Below the pieces are notes generated by a model. That model was given only the letters and a program-made list of their open reading frames with translations, was not told where the DNA came from and searched no databases. A program made the position numbers and the translations under genes. Shown one piece after another: positions 51,118 through 59,994 of a DNA stretch of 64,000 nucleotides. Origin of the DNA: Burkholderiales bacterium (GTDB taxonomy: Bacteria; Pseudomonadota; Gammaproteobacteria; Burkholderiales; SG8-39). Each line of letters starts with the position of its first letter. Positions within the stretch are counted from its first letter, which is position 1. The stretch is taken from the NCBI GenBank assembly GCA_035649175.1, contig DASRKB010000084.1, forward strand, positions 9,730 through 73,729, given 5' to 3'.

Positions 51118-52021
51118 CCCGGCGCAGGGCGTCCTCCTCTACGGCACGACGCCGCCGCGCCTGGGAACCGCCGCCACGGACGTCGACTCGGCGGTGGAGA
51201 AGCTCGCCGCGCGCCTCTCGGGCCTGCCGCTGGACGGCCTGGTGGTCTACGACATCCAGGACGAGACCGGACGCACCGCGACGCCGCGGCCCTTCCCGTT
51301 CTCCGGCACCCTCGACCCGCGCGGCTACGCCGCGGCGCTCGAGCAGCGACTTGGCCTGCCGGCGATCACCTACAAGGCGCTCGGCGAGGCCGACGAGGCG
51401 CAGTGGAGCACGTGGCTTTTCGAGGCAGCGCACCTGCACCGCCTGCGCTTCGTGTCGGTCGTGGGGCGTCCGACCTCCGGAGTGCGCTACGAGCTCACGC
51501 TCTCGCGCGCCATCCGCCTCGCCGCGGCGCACGCCGCCGGCTTCACCGTCGGCGGCGTGGCGATCGCCGAGCGGCATACCGCCGAGCGCAGCGAGTCGGC
51601 GCGGCTCCTCGCGAAGGGCCTGGAGGGCTGCGCATACTTCATCTCGCAGACGGTCTACCATGCGCCGCCGACCGAGCGCCTGCTGGCGGACTACCTGCGC
51701 GACTGCCGCGGCGCGGGGCTCGAGCCTCGGCGTGTAGTGCTCACCTTCGCACCCTGCGGTCGCGAGCGGACGCTCGCCTTCCTGCGTTGGCTCGGCGTCA
51801 ACGTTGCGCCCGAGGCCGAGCGCGCCATCCTGGGCGCCGCCCGGCCGCTAGAAAGATCGATCGAGATCTGCCGCGACAACCTGCGCCGCATCCTCGATCA
51901 TCCGTATGCTGCCCACATCCCGCTCGGGGTGAATGTCGAGAGCGTCTCGATCCACCGCGACGAGATCGACGCGAGCGTCGAGCTCTTCCACGCACTGCGC
52001 GAAGTGCTTGCCGGCCGATGA
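51092..52021 (+). CDS. Divergent methylenetetrahydrofolate-reductase-like protein
   Basis: LLYGTTPPR (compare FEFFPPR), FVSVVGRP (VSVTYGA), GGVAIAERH (AAYPEVHP), AYFISQTVYH (AITQFFFD) and LTFAPCG (IPGILPV) parallel E. coli MetF motifs at low identity. Sits in the position metF occupies after ahcY. The start is GTG 51092 or ATG 51068. Confidence 0.65.
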   Translation: MDLKSKLADPAQGVLLYGTTPPRLGTAATDVDSAVEKLAARLSGLPLDGLVVYDIQDETGRTATPRPFPFSGTLDPRGYAAALEQRLGLPAITYKALGEADEAQWSTWLFEAAHLHRLRFVSVVGRPTSGVRYELTLSRAIRLAAAHAAGFTVGGVAIAERHTAERSESARLLAKGLEGCAYFISQTVYHAPPTERLLADYLRDCRGAGLEPRRVVLTFAPCGRERTLAFLRWLGVNVAPEAERAILGAARPLERSIEICRDNLRRILDHPYAAHIPLGVNVESVSIHRDEIDASVELFHALREVLAGR

Positions 52022-52030
52022 AAGCGCTCA

Positions 52031-53035
52031 TCAAGAAGTAGCGAGCCGCCAGGGCGCGCCCGGGGCGTCTCGGCAAGCGCCATAGCGAAACGGCATGGCG
52101 TCGCGGCCGGGCGTGAGAAAGCGCAGATCCACGAACCAGACGCAGGTCGAGCCCGAACTCGTGCCATCGAACGCCGGCAGGTCGGCGAACCAGCGGTACA
52201 CCGCGAGCGCGGGCGACTCCCACGCTTCCCGGGCGATCGCGCTCCCGTAGCGCGGCCGGCTCTCCCAGCGCGCCTGTGCGCGCGGCAGGTACGCAGCGTC
52301 GAGGCGCGACACAAAGCCATCGCCGGGCCGATAGCCCGGCGGCTCCTCGCGAACGAGATTGATGTGCGCGAAGTAGTGCTCGCTGTCGGTGCTCACGAAC
52401 ACCGTCCAGTTGAAGGGCGATACCGGGCGCGGGTGCGCTTCGATGCGCGCTCCCGCCAACGCTCTCTTGTTTGCAAAGGATTCCGCGAACTCGAGCGCCT
52501 GTTGCCTCTGCGCGTACTGCAGGCCGACGTAGCCGGCGAGCACCAGGCTCGCCGCGAGCGCCGGAACTTTCGAGCGGTGCCACAGCGCCGAGCCGACCAG
52601 CCCGGCCATGATAATGCCGGTGAACCACAGGTCGATGATGAAGGTCGTCCCGATGCTTGCCCGCCAGTCGGAAAGCGGGGCAAGCACGATCGTGCCGAAA
52701 CTCGTGATCAGGTCCCCCGCGATGTGCGCGTAGAGCGCCATGACAGTGACGGGATACAGCGCGCGCCAGCCGCCCTGCTCCCGGAGCAGCTTGGAAAGCA
52801 GCCACGCGAGCAAGAGCGCCCAGAGCGGCGCAAGCAGCACGGAGTGCGTCACCCCGCGATGGTGCAGGAGGTACTCCACCGGGCCGATGAGGCCGATGAC
52901 GAAGTCAAGGTCTGGCGCCGCGGCGGCGAAGAAGCCGGCGGCGACGCGACGCGGCGTCGAGCGCGGCCGCGCATCCTTCGGCGCCGTGGCGCGCGCAAGC
53001 AAAGCCCCCGAGAGAGCGTGGGTCAGCGTGTCCAT
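52031..53035 (-). CDS. Membrane-bound metal-dependent hydrolase (YdjM/DUF457-like)
   Basis: MDTLTHALSGALLA...PDLDFVI...HRGVTHS... Multiple TM helices and a C-terminal soluble extension. Confidence 0.8.
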   Translation of the reverse strand: MDTLTHALSGALLARATAPKDARPRSTPRRVAAGFFAAAAPDLDFVIGLIGPVEYLLHHRGVTHSVLLAPLWALLLAWLLSKLLREQGGWRALYPVTVMALYAHIAGDLITSFGTIVLAPLSDWRASIGTTFIIDLWFTGIIMAGLVGSALWHRSKVPALAASLVLAGYVGLQYAQRQQALEFAESFANKRALAGARIEAHPRPVSPFNWTVFVSTDSEHYFAHINLVREEPPGYRPGDGFVSRLDAAYLPRAQARWESRPRYGSAIAREAWESPALAVYRWFADLPAFDGTSSGSTCVWFVDLRFLTPGRDAMPFRYGACRDAPGAPWRLATS

Positions 53036-53038
53036 GAA

Positions 53039-53063
53039 AAGATCGGGGTCAGACCCCGATCTT
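53039..53063 (-). terminator. Perfect 12+12 inverted repeat (AAGATCGGGGTC-T-GACCCCGATCTT) followed by a T-run on the minus strand
   Basis: Read directly. It lies 3 nt after the aminotransferase stop and ends 3 nt before the ydjM-like ATG. Confidence 0.5.
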
Positions 53064-53065
53064 AA

Positions 53066-54562
53066 TCAAGCGGCGCGCTTCTTCCGCTGGGCGTCCTTGA
53101 CATGCATCTGCGCGTAGGCGCCGTGCGCCGCGGCCTCGGCATCGCCGACGTGCACCGGCAGCCCCATGTCGGAGAGCACCGAGCCGAGCGCCGAGAGGCA
53201 CAGCATCACGTTGTCCGGGCGGCAGGAATAGCCCATCAGGCCGAAGCGCCAGATCTTGCCCTTCAGCGGCCCGAGCCCGGCGCCGATCTCCAGGCCGAAT
53301 TCGCCCAGCAGACGCTTGCGCACTTCCTCCTCGTTCACGCCCTCGGGGCAGAGCGCGGCGTTCATCTGCGGCAGCTGGGACTGCTCCTTCACCAGGAACT
53401 TGAGCCCCATCGCTTCCAGGCCCGCCTTGAGCGCGATGTGGTGACGCAGGTGCCGCGCCCAGGAGTTCTCCAACCCCTCCTCGCGGATGAGGAGCAGCGC
53501 CTCGTGCAGCGCGAAGAGGGAGTTCGTCGGCGCGGTGTGGTGGTAGGTGCGCGTGCCGGCGTTCCAGTAGCCGAGCAGCAGGTTCATGTCCATGAACCAG
53601 CTGTGGATCTTGTCCGTGCGCGCCTTTACATGCTCCACCACGCGCTCGGAGAACGAGACGGGCGAGAGGCCGGGAGTGCACGACAGGCACTTCTGGCTCG
53701 CGGAGTAGATGGCGTCGATCTCCCACTCGTCGACTTTGACCGGCGAGCCGCCGAGGGAGGTGACTGCGTCGACGATGACGAGCGCATCGTGCTTGTGCGC
53801 AATCTTCGTGAGCTCGCGGGCGTCCGACTGGCAGCCGGTCGAAGTTTCGGCGTGAACGAAGGCGACCACCTTCGCGTCGCGGTTCTTTTTCAGCGCGTCC
53901 TCCAGCTTCTGCGGGTCGACCGGCTCGCCCCACTTGTCCTCCACCACGACCGGCTTGCCGCCGCAGCGGACCGCGTTCTCGAGCATCCGGCCGCCGAAGA
54001 CGCCGTTTTGGCACACGATCACCTTGTCGCCTGGCGCCACCATGTTGACGAAGCAGTACTCCATGCCGACCGATCCGGGGCCGGAGAGCGGGAAGGTGAG
54101 CGAGTTCTTCGTCTGGTAGACATAGCGCAGCAGGCTCTTGAGCTCCTCCATCATCTCTACGAACACCGGGTCGAGGTAGCCAATCGCCGGCTGGCTCATG
54201 GTAGTGAGCACCCGCGGATGGATCTCCGTGGGGCCCGGGCCCATCAGCGTGCGCTGCGGGGGATGGAAGGACTGAATGCGCTTGGCAGGGGCGTAGGTGG
54301 TCATGGTGTCCTCGGAGGAGATCCCGAACGGCGCGTTCTCGGGGCGGGACTTCACGCGCACGGGATTCTTCAGGCTGGCTTCGTTGATGACGTCGATCGC
54401 GCTGATACGGCCCTCGGTGACGCGCTCGACCTCGCCGGCCCAGCGCGCCGGCACGTAGCCGGTCTTGACCCAGTGGTGCACAACCGCCCGGTCGAGCTGG
54501 AAGGCGCGCGCGACTTCCGCTTGGCTGCCGAAGATCTCGACTAGGCGTTCTGCTGAGTTCAT
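53066..54562 (-). CDS. Class V (AGXT/serine-glyoxylate-type) aminotransferase with an in-frame N-terminal Cro/YdaS-like HTH domain
   Basis: Residues 1-62, MNSAERLVEIFGSQAEVARAFQLDRAVVHHWVKTGYVPARWAGEVERVTEGRISAIDV, look like a Cro/YdaS HTH. From Met87 (54304, GAGGA upstream) the sequence is ...LMGPGPTEIHPRVL...HAETSTG...YSASQKCLS (PLP lysine). No stop codon separates the two parts. Confidence 0.85.
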   Translation of the reverse strand: MNSAERLVEIFGSQAEVARAFQLDRAVVHHWVKTGYVPARWAGEVERVTEGRISAIDVINEASLKNPVRVKSRPENAPFGISSEDTMTTYAPAKRIQSFHPPQRTLMGPGPTEIHPRVLTTMSQPAIGYLDPVFVEMMEELKSLLRYVYQTKNSLTFPLSGPGSVGMEYCFVNMVAPGDKVIVCQNGVFGGRMLENAVRCGGKPVVVEDKWGEPVDPQKLEDALKKNRDAKVVAFVHAETSTGCQSDARELTKIAHKHDALVIVDAVTSLGGSPVKVDEWEIDAIYSASQKCLSCTPGLSPVSFSERVVEHVKARTDKIHSWFMDMNLLLGYWNAGTRTYHHTAPTNSLFALHEALLLIREEGLENSWARHLRHHIALKAGLEAMGLKFLVKEQSQLPQMNAALCPEGVNEEEVRKRLLGEFGLEIGAGLGPLKGKIWRFGLMGYSCRPDNVMLCLSALGSVLSDMGLPVHVGDAEAAAHGAYAQMHVKDAQRKKRAA

Positions 54563-54620
54563 GCTTGGCAGGCTAGCATGTCAAACCGCTCTTGACAAAG
54601 AAAACTTCGAACTGGCATTT

Positions 54621-54643
54621 AATGGTACGAAAGACGTACCATT
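54621..54643. promoter_or_regulatory. Perfect inverted repeat AATGGTACG-N5-CGTACCATT, candidate operator
   Basis: Read directly, 5 nt upstream of the antitoxin GTG start. A TTGACA hexamer lies at 54592-54597. Confidence 0.45.
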
Positions 54644-54648
54644 AGCAC

Positions 54649-55053
54649 GTGACGCGAGCGCAACCTTCCAGCGAACCCGATCTGCATTCCCGCGCGAGTC
54701 GTGAGCGCCTTGCGCGCATGGTCGTTCAGCTGCTCGAGCGCTGGAAGCTATCCGCCGTAGACCAGGCCGTGCTGCTCGGCCTGTCGACGAACTCCCGCTC
54801 TACCCTCGCCCGCTACCGGCGCGGCGAGCCGCTCGCCGACAGCCCGGATCTGCTCGCCCGCGCCGGCCACTTGCTCGGCATCCACAAGGCCCTGCGCATC
54901 GTATTTCCGCACGACCTGGATCTCGCGTATCGCTGGGTTAGCGCGCCCAACCGCCGCTTCGGCGCCGAGGCGCCGCTCGCGATCATGAAGCGCTACGGCT
55001 ACGAAGGCATCCTCGCCGTGCGCCGCTACCTCGACTTCGAGCGGGGCCGCTAA
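54649..55053 (+). CDS. Xre/ParS/MbcA-type antitoxin (DUF2384 C-terminal domain)
   Basis: ...AVLLGLSTNSRSTLARYRRGE...AYRWVSAPNRRFGAEAPLAIMKRYGYEGILAVRRYLD. Immediately upstream of a RES-domain gene. Confidence 0.85.
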   Translation: MTRAQPSSEPDLHSRASRERLARMVVQLLERWKLSAVDQAVLLGLSTNSRSTLARYRRGEPLADSPDLLARAGHLLGIHKALRIVFPHDLDLAYRWVSAPNRRFGAEAPLAIMKRYGYEGILAVRRYLDFERGR

Positions 55054-55083
55054 GCTCTGGTCGAGGCGCTCATCCGAGAGGTC

Positions 55084-55758
55084 GTGGATTTCCACGGCGA
55101 CGTGGTGCGCAACATCAAGGGCATCCGCGTCTCGCAGTCGCTCTTCGACGACCTGTCGCCCGACCCGCGGGACCAGGCGGTCGCGATCGCCGCCGAGAGT
55201 GCGGAGCGCATTCCGACCGAGGCGCCGCTCCTCACCCGGGCCTTCGACTACGGGTCGGTGATTACCTACCCGTTCGTGCCGCACAACTGGCACGCCACGC
55301 GCTGGTCCGACGGCCTCTCCTACGGGGTCTGGTACGGCTCGCTCGCGCTGGAGACGACGGTAGTAGAGACCGTCTACCACTGGCACCGCTTCGTCATGGA
55401 CGCCTTTCCGGCACTCGGCCGAGAGATCACCGGCGAGAGGCGCGTGCTGGACGTGCACTGCGCGGCGATCCTGATCGACCTGCGCCGCGCCGCGGAGCCG
55501 CGTCTCACTGACCGGCGCGACTACGCCTTCCCCCAGGCGCTCGGTCGCCACCTGCACGAGCGCTCGCAGAACGGCGTGCTGTGCCGCTCGGCCCGCTGCG
55601 ACGGCAACAACGCCGCCATCTTCGATCCGCGCTGCCTGTCCGACGTGCGCGACCGCTGCTTCCTGACCTATCGCATGTGGCCATCGAGAGATCACGTCCA
55701 GGTGGAGCGCACCCCCGGTGAGACCTGGCTCGAGATCAACCCGAGCAGCCTGTACTAA
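55084..55758 (+). CDS. RES-domain toxin (ParT/MbcT family, NAD-targeting)
   Basis: ...HATRWSDGLSYGVWYGSLALETTVVE...GVLCRSARCDGNNAAIFDP (Arg, Glu, Ser signature positions). The start could lie up to 9 codons upstream. Confidence 0.85.
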   Translation: MDFHGDVVRNIKGIRVSQSLFDDLSPDPRDQAVAIAAESAERIPTEAPLLTRAFDYGSVITYPFVPHNWHATRWSDGLSYGVWYGSLALETTVVETVYHWHRFVMDAFPALGREITGERRVLDVHCAAILIDLRRAAEPRLTDRRDYAFPQALGRHLHERSQNGVLCRSARCDGNNAAIFDPRCLSDVRDRCFLTYRMWPSRDHVQVERTPGETWLEINPSSLY

Positions 55759-55767
55759 CATGGGGCG

Positions 55768-57498
55768 GTGAAACCCGAAACCATTCGGCTCAAACCCGAA
55801 ACGGCGGCCGAAGCCTGGCTCGCGCTGCTCGCCGCGCGCGGCATCGACTATCTCTTCGCCAACGGCGGAACCGACTTCGCGCCACTCGTCGAGGCGTACG
55901 CCAAGGGACGCAGCCTCGGCTGGCGCCTGCCCGAGATCGTCATCGTGCCGCACGAGAACCTCGGCGTGGCGATGGCGCACGGCTACACCATGCTCACCGG
56001 CCGCCCGCAGGCGATGATGGTGCACGTCGGTGTCGGAACGGCGAACGCGATCAACGGGCTCATCAACGCCGCGCGCACCCATACGCCAATCCTCTTCACC
56101 GCCGGACGCACGCCGATCACCGAGTCGGGCGCGCTGCCCGCGGCGCGCAACAACTACATCCACTGGGCGCAGGAGCACTTCGACCAGGGCGCGATGCTGC
56201 GCGAGTTCATGAAGTGGGACTACGAGTTGCGCCACGCCGAGCAGGTCGAGACCGTGATCGACCGCGCGCTGGCGATCGCCAAGAGCGAGCCTCGGGGGCC
56301 GGTCTACGTCACGTTGCCGAGGGAGATCCTCGCCTCTCCCTTTAGTGGCTCTTTTTCTGAAGCATCGACGATCGTTCCGGCTTCTCCGCCCGCTGCCGAT
56401 CCGGATACGCTGGAAGAAGCGGCGAAGCTCCTCGGGCGAGCTCAGAAGCCGCTCATCATCACCGCCAATGCCGGGCGCACCGTCGAGAGCGCCCGGACGC
56501 TTCGTCTCCTCGCGGAGACGTTCGCCATCCCGGTCATCCACTACCGGCCGCGCATGCTGGCGCTACCCACCGAGCACCCGATGGCCGCGGGCTGGGATCC
56601 ACACACCGCGCTCAAGGACGCCGACGTCGTGCTCGTGGTCGACTGCGACGTGCCCTGGATACCGGCTCAAGGCGGGCCGCAGCCCGATGCGAAGATCGTC
56701 CACGTCGGGCCCGATCCGCTCTTCGCGCGCTATCCGCTGCGCGGCTTCCGCACCGATATCGCGCTCGCCGGCGCGCTCGCCCCGACGTTAGCGGCGCTCT
56801 GCGAGCGCACGCAGAAGCACGCCTCGTCTCCCGCGGCGATCGAGGACCGCAGGAAGGAAACGTCTTCTCGGAATCAAGTTCTGCGCGGGAAGGCGCGGAG
56901 CGGCTTGCAGCCGGCTCCGGGAACCATCACGGGCAAGTGGGCGAGCGCGTGCCTGAACCGCGTCATGGGCGAGGATGCGATCCTCGTGAACGAGTACCCA
57001 GTGGTGCTCGAGGAGGTGACGATCGCCGAGCCGATGCGCTACTTCGGCACGCCGCCTTCCGGCGGTCTCGGTTGGGGAATCGGGGCCGCCCTCGGCGCCA
57101 AGCTCGCCGCGCGCGACAAGACCGTGGTGGCGGCGCTCGGCGACGGCGCGTACATGTTCGGGAATCCGACGCCCGGTCATTTCGTCGGCGAGGCAATGCA
57201 GCTACCGGTCCTGTATATGATCTTCAATAACGCGCGCTGGGCGGCGGTGCACCGCTCGACGCTCGCGACCTACCCCAAAGGCTTCGCTTCAAAGCAAGCC
57301 GCACCGCCCTTCGCGACACTCGAGCCCTCGCCGCGCTTCGAGCACGTCGTGCGGGCTTCCGGCGGACACGGCGAGCGCGTCTCCGAGCCGAAGGACCTGA
57401 TGCCCGCGCTCGAGCGTGCCATGCGCGTGGTGCGCGAGGAGAAGCGCCAAGCGCTCCTCAATGTCTGCCTGGAAGCGAGCTACGTAAAGACCAGCTAG
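55768..57498 (+). CDS. Thiamine-diphosphate-dependent enzyme (acetolactate synthase / sulfoacetaldehyde acetyltransferase-like)
   Basis: GIDYLFANGGTDFAPLVEAY...PHENLGVAMAHGYT...GVGTANAINGL (PYR domain)...GDGAYMFGNP...NN (PP-domain GDG-x24-NN motif). Confidence 0.88.
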   Translation: MKPETIRLKPETAAEAWLALLAARGIDYLFANGGTDFAPLVEAYAKGRSLGWRLPEIVIVPHENLGVAMAHGYTMLTGRPQAMMVHVGVGTANAINGLINAARTHTPILFTAGRTPITESGALPAARNNYIHWAQEHFDQGAMLREFMKWDYELRHAEQVETVIDRALAIAKSEPRGPVYVTLPREILASPFSGSFSEASTIVPASPPAADPDTLEEAAKLLGRAQKPLIITANAGRTVESARTLRLLAETFAIPVIHYRPRMLALPTEHPMAAGWDPHTALKDADVVLVVDCDVPWIPAQGGPQPDAKIVHVGPDPLFARYPLRGFRTDIALAGALAPTLAALCERTQKHASSPAAIEDRRKETSSRNQVLRGKARSGLQPAPGTITGKWASACLNRVMGEDAILVNEYPVVLEEVTIAEPMRYFGTPPSGGLGWGIGAALGAKLAARDKTVVAALGDGAYMFGNPTPGHFVGEAMQLPVLYMIFNNARWAAVHRSTLATYPKGFASKQAAPPFATLEPSPRFEHVVRASGGHGERVSEPKDLMPALERAMRVVREEKRQALLNVCLEASYVKTS

Positions 57499-58250
57499 TG
57501 CTCGGCGGGAGCCGGCGCGGCAAAGCTTGCCGGAAACGCGGGGCCGATGCGGCCGACGAAGGGTAGCTTGACGCCCGAGGCGCTAACACCGAAGTTAAGG
57601 CCCAGAAGGTTAAGCTCCACACCCTCGACGCCGCTCACGGCGAAGCCGAGGAGGCCGGCGAGCGAAAGCTGGAAGCCGCTGCCGCTCGGCGCGCTGGAGA
57701 AGATCGAGCTGCCGAGGTAGTCCTTGCCGATCGCCGTCGCCGGGAGATTCGCTTCCAGCTCCGGCACCGCGCGCGTGATCCATGCCGTGAAGGTGTTCGA
57801 GTTCGGCCCCGGGAAGAGCGTGTACTCCTTCGCGTAGGGATAGGTCTGGACGGCCTTTTCGATCCGCCTGATCATCTCGTCGACGCCCTCGCCGCGCTTT
57901 TCGGCGTACAGCTCGGGCTCCGAGCCATACCAGCGCCCGTCGGGCGCGCGGTTGCGGACCACCACGGCCGTGTTCGACCAGCGAAGCCGCCAGCCCATCA
58001 CCTCGTAGATCGTCCACTCCGGCGCGCCGGTCGGTTTCACCGCGACCCAGGTATGCACGCCGAAGAAACCCTTGGCTCCACGCGTGCGCGCACCGTAAAC
58101 CTGGACCACGGCTTCCTTGACCAGCGCCGGGTCCGGAGCGAGGCCGATCGGGTCGCGGCTCGCACCGCGCCAGTCCTGGGCGGTCACCGTCGCCCCGCCC
58201 GCCCCGACAAGAAGCGCCGTACCGAGCGCATAGAAGAGCTTCCTGATCAT
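57495..58250 (-). CDS. DUF3750-like secreted protein
   Basis: Start at MIRKLFYALGTALLVGAGGATVTAQDW (signal peptide). ...VQVYGARTRGAKGFFGVHTWVAVKP...WTIYEVMGWRL...LFPGPNSNTFTAWI. The upstream 130 codons of the track ORF were rejected. Confidence 0.78.
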   Translation of the reverse strand: MIRKLFYALGTALLVGAGGATVTAQDWRGASRDPIGLAPDPALVKEAVVQVYGARTRGAKGFFGVHTWVAVKPTGAPEWTIYEVMGWRLRWSNTAVVVRNRAPDGRWYGSEPELYAEKRGEGVDEMIRRIEKAVQTYPYAKEYTLFPGPNSNTFTAWITRAVPELEANLPATAIGKDYLGSSIFSSAPSGSGFQLSLAGLLGFAVSGVEGVELNLLGLNFGVSASGVKLPFVGRIGPAFPASFAAPAPAEH

Positions 58251-58336
58251 CGCTGCCGCGATTCTAACGCCCGCACGTGTCATGCTTCCTTCGACATGGG
58301 CAAGAGCGCCGCCCGGCGTGCGGAAGTTCCTGACGG

Positions 58337-59185
58337 CTAGCCCCCGTACAGGCGCTTGAGCACCTCGTCGTTCATGCGGAAGCTCTGTCCCTCGCCGGGA
58401 AACACGCCCGAGCGCACCTCCTCGGCATAGCGCGCGATCGCGTCCTTGATCGTCGTGCCCGCTTCGGCGTAGCGCTTTACGAAGGTCGGAGTGAATCCCT
58501 GGAAAAGGCCGACCAGATCGTGGAATACGAGCACCTGCCCGTCGCACGCCGGCCCGGCGCCGATGCCGATCGTGGGGACGCCGATGCGCGAGGTGATGAG
58601 CCGCGCGAGCGGCGCCGGGACGAGCTCGAGCACCACGCCCCAGCATCCGGCGCGCTCGAGCGCAGCCGCCCCGTCCGAGACGCGCCGCGCCGTGTCGATG
58701 TCCTTGCCTTGCAGTTTGTAGCCGCCGAGCGCGGAGGCGGTTTGCGGCGTGAGGCCGACATGCCCGAGCACCGGCACGCCCGCGCGCACCAAGGCGTCGA
58801 CGATCGGCACCACTTCCTCGCCGCCCTCGAGCTTCACCGAGTCGGCGCCCGCTTCCTTCATCAGGCGGGCAGCACTAGCGAGCGCTTGCTCCGCCGTGCC
58901 GTATGAGAGGAACGGCAGGTCGGCCACAAGGAAGGCTTCCGGCGCCCCGCGCCGTGCCGCCTTCGTGTGGTGCACCATATCCTGCAGCGTCACCGGCAGC
59001 GTGCTGTCGTAGCCCAGCACCACCATTCCGAGCGAATCGCCCACGAGCAGCAGGTCGATGCTCGCCTCGGCCGCGAGCCGCGCGCTCGGGTAGTCGTAGG
59101 CGGTCAGCATGACAAGGCGCGCGCCCTTGGAGCGCTTGAGCTGCAGCACGGTAGGCTTCTTCATCGTGGTGGTGGATTTCTTCAC
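58337..59185 (-). CDS. panB: 3-methyl-2-oxobutanoate hydroxymethyltransferase
   Basis: [14 protein letters not shown]...[20 protein letters not shown]...VADLPF.SY...VKLEGG...GHVGLTPQ. Confidence 0.95.
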   Translation of the reverse strand: MKKSTTTMKKPTVLQLKRSKGARLVMLTAYDYPSARLAAEASIDLLLVGDSLGMVVLGYDSTLPVTLQDMVHHTKAARRGAPEAFLVADLPFLSYGTAEQALASAARLMKEAGADSVKLEGGEEVVPIVDALVRAGVPVLGHVGLTPQTASALGGYKLQGKDIDTARRVSDGAAALERAGCWGVVLELVPAPLARLITSRIGVPTIGIGAGPACDGQVLVFHDLVGLFQGFTPTFVKRYAEAGTTIKDAIARYAEEVRSGVFPGEGQSFRMNDEVLKRLYGG

Positions 59186-59994
59186 TTCAGGCTCGCGAAG
59201 TCGAAGAGCTTGCGATCGAGAAGGTGGGAGGGGCGAACATCCGTCAGCGCGCGAACGATCGACTGGACGCGCCCCGGATGGCGGCGCTGCCAGTCGGCGA
59301 TCATCTGCCCGATTTCCTTGCGCTCGAGATTTTCTTGGGAGCCGCAGAGCGTGCAGGGAATGATCGGGAAGTCACGTTGCGCGGCATAGGCGGCGAGGTC
59401 CGACTCGGCGACATAGGCGAGGGGTCGGATCACGACGTGCCGGCCGTCGTCCGAGCGCAGCTTCGCCGGCATGGCCTTGAGCTGCCCGCCGTGGAAGAGG
59501 TTGAGGAAGAACGTGGCGAGGATGTCGTCGCGGTGGTGGCCGAGCGCGATCTTCGTCGCGCCCAGCTCGCTCGCTACACGGTACAGCACTCCGCGGCGCA
59601 GCCGCGAGCAAAGCGAGCACATCGTGTTGCCCTCCGGGATCACCCGCTTCACCACCGAATAGGTGTCCTGCTCGACGATGCGGAAAGGCACGCCCCGGCC
59701 CTCCAGGTAGGCCGGAAGCACCTCGGCGGGGAAGCCCGGCTGCTTCTGGTCGAGGTTGACAGCGACGAGCTCCAAATCCACCGGCGCCTTCTCGCGCAGC
59801 GAGATGAGGATGTCGAGGAGCGCATGGCTGTCTTTCCCACCCGACATGCACACCATCACGCGGTCGCCCGCCTCGATCATACCGAAGTCTGCGATCGCTT
59901 CGCCTACCTGCCGGCGCAGGCGCTTGGCGAGCTTCCCCGCCTCGTAGGCCGACTTGCGAGGATCGCGATGAAGGCGAAGCGGTCGGGTGCTCAC
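59182..59994 (-). CDS. ttcA: tRNA 2-thiocytidine(32) synthetase
   Basis: [18 protein letters not shown] (PP-loop SGGxDS)...[10 protein letters not shown]...[10 protein letters not shown]...PCTLCGSQ. Confidence 0.93.
   Translation of the reverse strand: MSTRPLRLHRDPRKSAYEAGKLAKRLRRQVGEAIADFGMIEAGDRVMVCMSGGKDSHALLDILISLREKAPVDLELVAVNLDQKQPGFPAEVLPAYLEGRGVPFRIVEQDTYSVVKRVIPEGNTMCSLCSRLRRGVLYRVASELGATKIALGHHRDDILATFFLNLFHGGQLKAMPAKLRSDDGRHVVIRPLAYVAESDLAAYAAQRDFPIIPCTLCGSQENLERKEIGQMIADWQRRHPGRVQSIVRALTDVRPSHLLDRKLFDFASLK

Noticed and set aside
54563-54580. TGGCAGGCTAGCATG read as a possible sigma-54 (-24/-12) element
   Set aside because: The GG and GC dinucleotides are 9 nt apart rather than the required spacing of the TGGCAC-N5-TTGC consensus, and no enhancer-binding protein gene is nearby.
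54748-56541. 597-aa minus-strand ORF
   Set aside because: It is antisense to the antitoxin, the RES toxin and the ThDP enzyme, all of which have clear family motifs. Its translation is low-complexity (R/G/A/D-rich) with no recognisable domain.
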